Below, in pieces: positions 1 to 5,884 of a DNA stretch of 5,974 nucleotides. Below the pieces are notes generated by a model. The model was not told the origin of the DNA. It searched no databases and was given only the letters and a program-made list of their open reading frames with translations. The stretch is from a virus (taxonomy: Duplodnaviria; Heunggongvirae; Uroviricota; Caudoviricetes): the IMG/VR virus record IMGVR_UViG_2541047595_000008, positions 1 to 5,974 of that record. One strand, 5' to 3'. Both the position numbers and the translations under genes were made by a program. Each line of letters starts with the position of its first letter. Position 1 is the stretch's first letter.

Positions 1-411
1 GCAGCATTTTCTTCTGAAATGTATCCCAAACTGGCAAAGGTTTATCCAACGTTAAAATTACCTGATTTACGCGGTGAGTTTATCCGTGGTTGGGATGATG
101 GGCGAGGGATTGACTCTGGTCGCTCTATTTTAAGCGAGCAAGGATATGCAACGGAGGATCATGCTCACGGATTACCGTCAAAATCAACCGTAGCAACTGA
201 CCGCTCAATTAATTTCTACTTTGACGAGGCATGGGCTACTAGTGGTAATACGGGAGTTATCAGATGGGGGAACACAAGCGATGCAGGATTGCCAGCCCCT
301 AATTATGGAACTTTTAAAACATATAAACAGTCCGTAGCTAATTTAGGTACTGCTGGCTTAGAAACCCGCCCTCGTAATATTGCATTTAATTATATTGTGA
401 GGGCGGATTAA
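1..411 (+). CDS. Tail-fibre C-terminal variable domain Sv0 (5'-partial; gene continues upstream of window); probably the currently expressed variant
   Basis: Frame 1 is open from base 1 (AAFSSEMYPKLAKVYPTLKLPDLRGEFIRGWDDGRGIDSGR...) to TAA at 409..411. It carries the same conserved N-block and the same C-terminal tail (ETRPRNIAFNYIVRAD) as the minus-strand cassettes. The ORF-track start at 19 is an internal Met. Confidence 0.8.
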   Translation, partial: AAFSSEMYPKLAKVYPTLKLPDLRGEFIRGWDDGRGIDSGRSILSEQGYATEDHAHGLPSKSTVATDRSINFYFDEAWATSGNTGVIRWGNTSDAGLPAPNYGTFKTYKQSVANLGTAGLETRPRNIAFNYIVRAD

Positions 412-416
412 TTATA

Positions 417-1028
417 TCAACTGGCTGTAGAAAGTTGTTTTTCAGGCCAGTTGAGATCTGGTGCCGTGGTTAAATCCATCGCGTTCAGCTCGTCTATATA
501 ATCTAGCACGGAGTTAAGCTGCGTGGTTTCTGCCTGCGTCAACTTCCGTCCAGCCCGTAATTTCAACTGAATCAGACTAATGGAATCCATCGCAGTATCA
601 ATCAATGACTGACGTTTTGTTTCTGCTGCCTCTACAGCTGCACTATGTTGAGCCTCAGTATCAACCACCCATTTCTCTCCATCCCATTTGTCGTATGGTG
701 TTAGCGGGGCGATAGTGGTTGTATTTTCCGGATAGTCACCCAACACCGTGATTTCTTCGGGATTCCCAGTGTCAATGCTATAGACAGTTTCGCCACGATG
801 ATCTGGCACATACTCCCATGAACTTAAATCCTCTGAACGGAGAATCGCATAACCTGCTTTATGTGAGCCTGGAGCATCCAAACAAGAATTTGCCGGAATA
901 CCAACGCCAACAGCAAGATATTCAGTTGATGCAGAAATATATTCCCGATTACCACCATCATAGTTATAAACGATAATGTTTCCTGCCTGTATGGCTATAA
1001 GTTCGCTATTTAATATCGCATTATCCAT
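417..1028 (-). CDS. tfa: Tail-fibre assembly protein (Tfa / Mu-U-like chaperone), 203 aa
   Basis: The protein shows the Tfa pattern I recall from lambda Tfa and Mu/P1 U: GIPANS, DHRGETVY, PEN..T, KW.G..WV.DTEA and a C-terminal TAPDLNWP. Its ATG overlaps the stop of cassette A by 1 nt (TAATG on the minus strand). Confidence 0.85.
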   Translation of the reverse strand: MDNAILNSELIAIQAGNIIVYNYDGGNREYISASTEYLAVGVGIPANSCLDAPGSHKAGYAILRSEDLSSWEYVPDHRGETVYSIDTGNPEEITVLGDYPENTTTIAPLTPYDKWDGEKWVVDTEAQHSAAVEAAETKRQSLIDTAMDSISLIQLKLRAGRKLTQAETTQLNSVLDYIDELNAMDLTTAPDLNWPEKQLSTAS

Positions 1029-1486
1029 TATGCTGCTCTCACAATATAATTGAAGGCAATGTTACGTGGGCGGGTTTCATTCCCCCCAGATAACTCCGTT
1101 CTGTATTGACTGGTAAATTTACCATTAATCGCTCCTTCTTGGACGGCGTTATCTGTCGACAACAGACTATCCCCCCCTCTGTCATTTGGCACCAATACCG
1201 TGTTATCCCACGCGTCCCATGACCGAATATTATGATAATGACTTCCTGTTAACCACCCCTGTATGCTTAAGATGACCCTTCCCGCATCCACACCTCGCCC
1301 ATCATCCCAACCACGGATAAACTCACCGCGTAAATCCGGTAATTTATTGGTGGGATAAGCCTTTGCCAGATTTGGGTACTTTTCAGAAGAAAATGCTGCA
1401 CCATTGCATTTCAGCCACCCCGTTGGAGGTGTGGCTGAGGGCCACGGAACAGGTACACCAACGGGCAGCGCCGAGCCTTCTCCTAA
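1028..1486 (-). CDS. Silent tail-fibre C-terminal cassette A (no start codon; coupled to tfa)
   Basis: Manual translation shows the minus-strand frame open from site 1 down to TAA at 1028..1030: LGEGSALPVGVPVPWPSATPPTGWLKCNGAAFSSEKYPNLAKAYPTNKLPDLRGEFIRGWDDGRGVDAGRV...ETRPRNIAFNYIVRAA. The ORF track reports only 1028..1291 because the first usable start codon is an internal GTG. Confidence 0.75.
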   Translation of the reverse strand, partial: LGEGSALPVGVPVPWPSATPPTGWLKCNGAAFSSEKYPNLAKAYPTNKLPDLRGEFIRGWDDGRGVDAGRVILSIQGWLTGSHYHNIRSWDAWDNTVLVPNDRGGDSLLSTDNAVQEGAINGKFTSQYRTELSGGNETRPRNIAFNYIVRAA

Positions 1487-1503
1487 ACCAACGTTTCTAT
1501 GCC
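1478..1503 (-). repeat. Invertase crossover site 1 (hix/gix/cix-like, 26 bp)
   Basis: ttctcctaaacc-aa-cgtttctatgcc. Two imperfect inverted 12-bp half-sites flank a central AA dinucleotide. The aaacc-aa-cgttt core matches my recollection of hixL (AAACC-AA-GGTTT). It sits at the 5' boundary of cassette A. Confidence 0.7.
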
Positions 1504-1958
1504 GCTCTTACGATGTAATTAAATGCAATATTACGGGGGCGAGCTGATACATAAGCCCACCAGTCATATTTTTTGGCACCTTTACTGGATGCATCAAATA
1601 TCCACTTTTTGCCATTTATGGCCCCCCATTGATTAGAGGTTAAAGTGTCACCAAATCCGTATTGTGTTGAGCTGAGTGAACTGATATCCCCAGTATCATT
1701 ATCATCAAAACCGGAGACGATAGTGCCTTCCTGAAATGAAAGTATCTCTCGTCCTGCATCAATACCTCGTCCGTCATCCCAGCCACGGATAAATTCGCCC
1801 CGTAAATCCGGTAATTTATTGGTCGGATAAGCCTTTGCCAGCCTGGGGTACATTTCAGAAGAAAATGCTGCTCCGTTACATTTCAGCCAGCCCGTTGGTG
1901 GTGTGGCTGAGGGCCACGGAACGGGCACACCAACAGGCAGTGCAGAGCCTTCCCCCAA
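1497..1958 (-). CDS. Silent tail-fibre C-terminal cassette B
   Basis: 153-aa ORF. The apparent start is a TTG lying inside crossover site 2. It has the conserved N-block (GEGSALPVGVPVPWPSATPPTGWLKCNGAAFSSEMYP...KLPDLRGEFIRGWDDGRG), a unique middle and the invariant C-terminal RPRNIAFNYIVRAA. Confidence 0.75.
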   Translation of the reverse strand: MGEGSALPVGVPVPWPSATPPTGWLKCNGAAFSSEMYPRLAKAYPTNKLPDLRGEFIRGWDDGRGIDAGREILSFQEGTIVSGFDDNDTGDISSLSSTQYGFGDTLTSNQWGAINGKKWIFDASSKGAKKYDWWAYVSARPRNIAFNYIVRAA

Positions 1959-1975
1959 ACCAACGTTTTTATGTG
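1950..1975 (-). repeat. Invertase crossover site 2
   Basis: ttcccccaaacc-aa-cgtttttatgtg. The stop codon of cassette C (plus-strand tta at 1969..1971) is embedded in the outer half-site. Confidence 0.7.
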
Positions 1976-2472
1976 GCCCTTACAATGTAATTAAAAGCAA
2001 CGTTGCGGGGGCGCATTGATATCCATGCCCCGGTAAAATTATCCTCTGCCGTCCTTTGAGTGCCTGTTATGGAGTTATCTGATGATGCTGGAACATAATC
2101 GCTATTATCTCCTGCTTTAGGATTAGCAGGGTTTCCAACAGTTATAACAGAATCAGCAGTAGCATAAGCGATACCTACTTTGACATTAGTAGTCAGATCG
2201 ACACCGTAATAATCCTGCAAAGCTGTACGAATAAATGTTGCAGTCTGACCACTTAGCAATGAACGCCCTGTATCAATCCCTCTCGAATCATCCCAACCAC
2301 GGATAAACTCACCGCGTAAATCAGGTAATTTTAACGTTGGGTAAACCTTTGCCAGATTTGGGTACTTTTCAGAAGAAAATGCTGCTCCGTTACATTTCAG
2401 CCACCCCGTTGGTGGTGTGGCGGAGGGCCACGGAACAGGTACACCAACGGGCAGTGCCGAGCCTTCCCCTAA
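1969..2472 (-). CDS. Silent tail-fibre C-terminal cassette C
   Basis: Manual translation shows the frame open from site 3 to the stop at 1969: LGEGSALPVGVPVPWPSATPPTGWLKCNGAAFSSEKYPNLAKVYPTLKLPDLRGEFIRGWDDSRGIDTGRSLLSGQTATF...RPRNVAFNYIVRAT. The ORF track shows only 1969..2259 because no start codon lies upstream of the TTG at 2259. Confidence 0.75.
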   Translation of the reverse strand, partial: LGEGSALPVGVPVPWPSATPPTGWLKCNGAAFSSEKYPNLAKVYPTLKLPDLRGEFIRGWDDSRGIDTGRSLLSGQTATFIRTALQDYYGVDLTTNVKVGIAYATADSVITVGNPANPKAGDNSDYVPASSDNSITGTQRTAEDNFTGAWISMRPRNVAFNYIVRAT

Positions 2473-2489
2473 ACCAACGTTTTTATGCC
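2464..2489 (-). repeat. Invertase crossover site 3
   Basis: ttcccctaaacc-aa-cgtttttatgcc. Confidence 0.7.
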
Positions 2490-2986
2490 GCCCTTACGAT
2501 GTAATTAAATGCAACGTTGCGAGGGCGAGTTTCTGTACCTACATTTCCACTAATTTCACCATAACGTTTAACACTACGAGAGCTAATAGCTCGTAGTGAG
2601 GAAGGCACCTTATGACCGGGTTCGTCCGTTTTAACTATTCCCCCGTCACCGTATGTAGCTAGTATTCCTGGATTGACGCCTTCCCGTGCACTTCCTGCGG
2701 CGAGTCCGTCCCCTGTCCATAATTCCATATAGTGTGCATGGTCCAAAATTGTGTGTGGCTGCCAATTAAGCAAAGCGCGGCCAGCATCCACCCCGCGCCC
2801 ATCATCCCAACCGCGAATAAATTCTCCCCGTAAATCCGGTAATTTATTGGTGGGGTAGGCTTTTGCCAGTTTGGGATACATTTCAGAAGAAAATGCTGCA
2901 CCATTGCATTTCAGCCAGCCCGTTGGTGGTGTTTCTAAGGGCCACGGAACGGGCACGCCAACGGGCAGTGCAGAGCCTTCCCCCAA
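2483..2986 (-). CDS. Silent tail-fibre C-terminal cassette D
   Basis: 167-aa ORF with the conserved N-block (variant WPLETPP), a unique middle and the C-terminal ETRPRNVAFNYIVRAA. Its apparent TTG start lies in site 4. Confidence 0.75.
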   Translation of the reverse strand: MGEGSALPVGVPVPWPLETPPTGWLKCNGAAFSSEMYPKLAKAYPTNKLPDLRGEFIRGWDDGRGVDAGRALLNWQPHTILDHAHYMELWTGDGLAAGSAREGVNPGILATYGDGGIVKTDEPGHKVPSSLRAISSRSVKRYGEISGNVGTETRPRNVAFNYIVRAA

Positions 2987-3003
2987 ACCAACGTTTCTAT
3001 GCC
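2978..3003 (-). repeat. Invertase crossover site 4
   Basis: ttcccccaaacc-aa-cgtttctatgcc. Confidence 0.7.
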
Positions 3004-3428
3004 GCTCTTACGATGTAATTAAATGCAATATTACGAGGGCGAGATTCTCTCCCCCCCACCGAGTTAGTGCTATCCGATCTCTGTTGAATTACTGAGCCAG
3101 AAACATCAGCGGCTAAAAGATAATATCCACCTGTTGTATCAAATCCAGTTTGTGCCCATGTTCTTTCGAAATAATGACTATGTGATTTAAATTCATCTGT
3201 TTGAGTTGATAATAACGCGCGCCCACTATCCACTCCACGCCCATCATCCCAACCACGGATAAACTCACCGCGTAAATCCGGCAATTTATTGGTGGGGTAA
3301 GCCCTTGCCAGATTTGGGTACATTTCAGAAGAAAATGCTGCGCCGTTACATTTCAGCCACCCTGCTGGCGGTGTGGCTGAGGGCCACGGAACAGGCACAC
3401 CAACGGGCAGCGCAGAGCCTTCCCCCAA
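2997..3428 (-). CDS. Silent tail-fibre C-terminal cassette E
   Basis: 143-aa ORF with the conserved N-block (variant PPAGW), a unique middle and the C-terminal SRPRNIAFNYIVRAA. Confidence 0.75.
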   Translation of the reverse strand: MGEGSALPVGVPVPWPSATPPAGWLKCNGAAFSSEMYPNLARAYPTNKLPDLRGEFIRGWDDGRGVDSGRALLSTQTDEFKSHSHYFERTWAQTGFDTTGGYYLLAADVSGSVIQQRSDSTNSVGGRESRPRNIAFNYIVRAA

Positions 3429-3445
3429 ACCAACGTTTTTATGCC
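3420..3445 (-). repeat. Invertase crossover site 5
   Basis: ttcccccaaacc-aa-cgtttttatgcc. Confidence 0.7.
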
Positions 3446-3915
3446 GCCCTTACGATGTAATTAAATGCGATATTTCGTGGACGGGTTTCACTCCCGCCAG
3501 TATTACCAATACTCCCTCGAGAATGAAGTGTCGGTGATGGAATCAAATTCCCTCCTGTATTTGAGGCATCAAGCCCCCGTCCTTGTGTGTATGTTTTTTT
3601 GAAAATTGTCGCCAGCTCCCATTCATCTTTTGTGTCGTAACCATCATTGGCTACAACAATATGTCGGTGCTTTTCCAGCATTCCTGTCTGAATGCTCAAT
3701 AAAGCACGTCCCGCATCCACCCCGCGCCCATCATCCCAGCCGCGAATAAATTCTCCCCGTAAATCCGGTAATTTATTGGTGGGATAAGCCTTTGCCAGCC
3801 TGGGGTACATTTCAGAAGAAAATGCTGCTCCGTTGCATTTTAGCCAGCCTGTTGGCGGAGTGGCTGAGGGCCACGGAACAGGTACGCCAACAGGCAATGC
3901 AGAGCCTTCCCCCAA
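3439..3915 (-). CDS. Silent tail-fibre C-terminal cassette F
   Basis: 158-aa ORF with the conserved N-block, a unique middle and the C-terminal ETRPRNIAFNYIVRAA. Confidence 0.75.
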   Translation of the reverse strand: MGEGSALPVGVPVPWPSATPPTGWLKCNGAAFSSEMYPRLAKAYPTNKLPDLRGEFIRGWDDGRGVDAGRALLSIQTGMLEKHRHIVVANDGYDTKDEWELATIFKKTYTQGRGLDASNTGGNLIPSPTLHSRGSIGNTGGSETRPRNIAFNYIVRAA

Positions 3916-3932
3916 ACCAACGTTTTTATGCC
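3907..3932 (-). repeat. Invertase crossover site 6
   Basis: ttcccccaaacc-aa-cgtttttatgcc, identical to sites 5 and 7. Confidence 0.7.
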
Positions 3933-4393
3933 GCCCTTACGATATAATTAAACGCAATATTACGGGGGCGGGTTTCAGATGCTGTACGAACTGAGCGAGA
4001 GGCGTCGAATGTCCAGTTATAAGCGCCATAACCCTCAATAATTTCCGTTTCCTTTAGGCCTGTAGATAATACTTGACCATGTTGACTAAATGGCCCTGAA
4101 CTAAGTACATCTCTAAAAAGCTGAGTACGCCCGAAAGAACCAACAATATTCTGAATTGCATCATTCTGTGCAGATAATAAATTACGGCCAGAGTCAATCC
4201 CCCGCCCGTCATCCCAGCCGCGAATAAATTCGCCCCGTAGATCCGGCAATTTATTAGTGGGGTAAACCTTTGCCAGATTTGGGTACTTTTCAGAAGAAAA
4301 TGCTGCTCCGTTACATTTCAGCCACCCCGTTGGTGGTGTGGCGGAGGGCCATGGAACAGGTACACCAACGGGCAGTGCCGAGCCTTCCCCCAA
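3926..4393 (-). CDS. Silent tail-fibre C-terminal cassette G
   Basis: 155-aa ORF with the conserved N-block, a unique middle and the C-terminal ETRPRNIAFNYIVRAA. Confidence 0.75.
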   Translation of the reverse strand: MGEGSALPVGVPVPWPSATPPTGWLKCNGAAFSSEKYPNLAKVYPTNKLPDLRGEFIRGWDDGRGIDSGRNLLSAQNDAIQNIVGSFGRTQLFRDVLSSGPFSQHGQVLSTGLKETEIIEGYGAYNWTFDASRSVRTASETRPRNIAFNYIVRAA

Positions 4394-4410
4394 ACCAACG
4401 TTTTTATGCC
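4385..4410 (-). repeat. Invertase crossover site 7
   Basis: ttcccccaaacc-aa-cgtttttatgcc. Confidence 0.7.
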
Positions 4411-4832
4411 GCCCTTACGATGTAATTAAATGCGATATTTCGCGGCCTGACAGCAACAAAATTTATACCATCACCTACAGAGTTACTGGTGAAATTAAAT
4501 CGTGAAAATCCTGGCTGATTTCCGACGATGCCATCATGAAAATTAATTGCGTGCCCCGCACCATCGCCTATATTTCCGGCACGCTGAGAAAAGTTTGTAG
4601 CCTCTTGGCTGCTTAATAATGCTCGCCCATTGTCCACACCTCGTCCATCATCCCAACCTCGAATAAATTCGCCCCGTAGATCCGGCAATTTATTGGTGGG
4701 GTAAACCTTTGCCAGATTTGGGTACTTTTCAGAAGAAAATGCTGCTCCGTTACATTTCAGCCACCCCGTTGGTGGTGTGGCGGAGGGCCATGGAACAGGT
4801 ACACCAACGGGCAGCGCCGAGCCTTCCCCTAA
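4404..4832 (-). CDS. Silent tail-fibre C-terminal cassette H (outermost, next to the invertase)
   Basis: Manual translation from site 8 is open: LGEGSALPVGVPVPWPSATPPTGWLKCNGA... continuing in the same frame into ORF 4404..4688 (LPDLRGEFIRGWDDGRGVDNGR...VRPRNIAFNYIVRAA). The ORF track is shorter because the first start-capable codon is the TTG at 4686..4688. Confidence 0.7.
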   Translation of the reverse strand, partial: LGEGSALPVGVPVPWPSATPPTGWLKCNGAAFSSEKYPNLAKVYPTNKLPDLRGEFIRGWDDGRGVDNGRALLSSQEATNFSQRAGNIGDGAGHAINFHDGIVGNQPGFSRFNFTSNSVGDGINFVAVRPRNIAFNYIVRAA

Positions 4833-4849
4833 ACCAACGTTTTAGTCTT
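4824..4849 (-). repeat. Invertase crossover site 8 (array boundary site)
   Basis: ttcccctaaacc-aa-cgttttagtctt. The inner half-site and core match the other seven. The outer half-site diverges, with no preceding cassette and no embedded stop codon, as expected for the edge of the invertible region. Confidence 0.65.
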
Positions 4850-4886
4850 AATCCCTACCTATACCAACGATGTATTTTTAACTAAA

Positions 4887-4893
4887 CAAAGAG
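4887..4893 (+). promoter_or_regulatory. Ribosome-binding site of the invertase gene
   Basis: aaagagg lies 10 nt upstream of the ATG at 4904. Confidence 0.5.
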
Positions 4894-4903
4894 GTTGTTT
4901 TTC

Positions 4904-5476
4904 ATGCAAATTGGCTACATTCGTGTGTCAACAAATGACCAAAACACAGATTTACAAAGAAATGCACTGAACTGCGCAGGATGTGAACTGATTTTTGAAG
5001 ATAAAATAAGCGGAACAAAGTCAGCCAGACCAGGCTTGAAAAAGCTGCTCAGAACGTTATCAGAAGGAGATACGCTGGTTGTCTGGAAGCTGGATAGGCT
5101 TGGCAGAAGTATGAAACACCTTATCACGCTTATAGAGGAGTTGCGGGAAAAAGGTGTTAATTTCCGTAGTCTGACAGACAGTATTGACACATCAACACCC
5201 ATGGGGCGTTTCTTTTTTCATGTCATGGGTGCTTTAGCAGAAATGGAACGTGAATTAATTGTTGAGAGAACACTGGCCGGACTGGCAGCTGCACGCGAAC
5301 AGGGACGCATTGGCGGACGTCGCCCGAAGTTGACAAAAGAACAACATGAGCAAATAGCGAGGTTGATCGAAAATGGCTACAGCAGGAAACAGTTGGCAAT
5401 TATTTACGATATCGGTGTATCGACGATTTATCGTTATCATCCTGTAGAGAAGCGCCAAACTCAATCTGAGCTGTAA
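4904..5476 (+). CDS. Serine DNA invertase of the Gin/Cin/Hin/Pin/Min family (190 aa)
   Basis: MQIGYIRVSTNDQNTDLQRNAL...TLVVWKLDRLGRSMKHL...SLTDSIDTS.PMGRFFFHVMGALAEMERELI.ERT.AGLAAAR..GRIGGR is close to colinear with Gin and Cin as I recall them. The catalytic Ser is at position 9 and there is a C-terminal HTH (GVSTIYRY). The true start is the ATG at 4904; the ORF-track start is an upstream TTG at 4895. Stop is TAA at 5474..5476. Confidence 0.95.
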   Translation: MQIGYIRVSTNDQNTDLQRNALNCAGCELIFEDKISGTKSARPGLKKLLRTLSEGDTLVVWKLDRLGRSMKHLITLIEELREKGVNFRSLTDSIDTSTPMGRFFFHVMGALAEMERELIVERTLAGLAAAREQGRIGGRRPKLTKEQHEQIARLIENGYSRKQLAIIYDIGVSTIYRYHPVEKRQTQSEL

Positions 5477-5596
5477 TTCTAATGCCGCGTCGGTGTAATT
5501 TATCATGATAGAATAGGTACATTTATCGCGCGGCACATCAATTCGATGTATCTAGCGCCTGCTGACCGCTAATGAAAACTGTTCTCGAAATGTTGT

Positions 5597-5615
5597 CCCT
5601 AGTCCGAGACTAGGG
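5597..5615. other. Perfect 8-bp inverted repeat with a 3-nt loop (ccctagtc-cga-gactaggg)
   Basis: Seen directly in the sequence. No T-tract follows, so it is not a classical intrinsic terminator. It could be a protein-binding palindrome or an RNA hairpin. Confidence 0.25.
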
Positions 5616-5884
5616 TATCACCTCTGGAAAGCATACGCAGAACCTTTTTTAACCCAGGGTGCCCAGCCTTTTTGCTGCTCGCCTTATTCGCAAAAATTAG
5701 CTCACATCCTGCGCTTTCAAGTGCTTTTCACTGCATAGCTGTGTTTTGTTCATTTGTCTATATGCGTACATAGCCTATTAGCATATTTTTTGCCCACTAT
5801 CGTTATTTATTGCAAGCCACAGGTTTTAATTAACAAAACCAGTGTGTGTGGAAATCACAAAGTGCATACCGTTCTCAAATGTTG

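Noticed and set aside
2659-2904. 81-aa ORF on the minus strand inside cassette D
   Set aside because: It lies in an alternative frame wholly within the conserved block of cassette D and has no independent support. It looks like a chance open frame in a repeat.
2871-3095. 74-aa ORF on the plus strand spanning site 4
   Set aside because: It is antisense to cassettes D and E and runs across a crossover site. The sequence is low-complexity (Gly/Pro/Ser-rich), as expected from reading the conserved block in reverse.
1497-4393. Reading the MGEGSALPVG... ORFs as independently expressed paralogous genes
   Set aside because: Their apparent start codons are TTG codons that sit inside the crossover sites and encode Leu in the continuous frame. 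There are no ribosome-binding sites, and each follows the previous stop directly. The locus reads as promoterless cassettes, not separate genes.
1028-4849. Diversity-generating retroelement (DGR) as the source of tail-fibre variability
   Set aside because: There is no reverse transcriptase and no template/variable repeat pair with adenine-specific differences. Variation is in whole unrelated domains bounded by invertase sites.
1028-4849. CRISPR array suggested by the regular ~480-bp periodicity
   Set aside because: The repeat units are about 230 bp of protein-coding sequence, not 28-37-bp palindromic repeats with short spacers, and there are no cas genes.
1478-4849. Rci-type (tyrosine recombinase) shufflon, as in R64
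   Set aside because: The recombinase is clearly a serine invertase, and the sites are 26-bp hix/gix-like elements rather than the short sfx repeats of Rci shufflons.
4915-5202. 95-aa ORF on the minus strand
   Set aside because: It is fully antisense to the well-supported invertase gene and has no recognisable features.
5255-5536. 93-aa ORF on the minus strand
   Set aside because: Most of it is antisense to the 3' end of the invertase gene, and it has no recognisable motifs.
5597-5615. Rho-independent terminator for the invertase gene
   Set aside because: The hairpin is not followed by a U-tract and lies about 120 bp past the stop codon.
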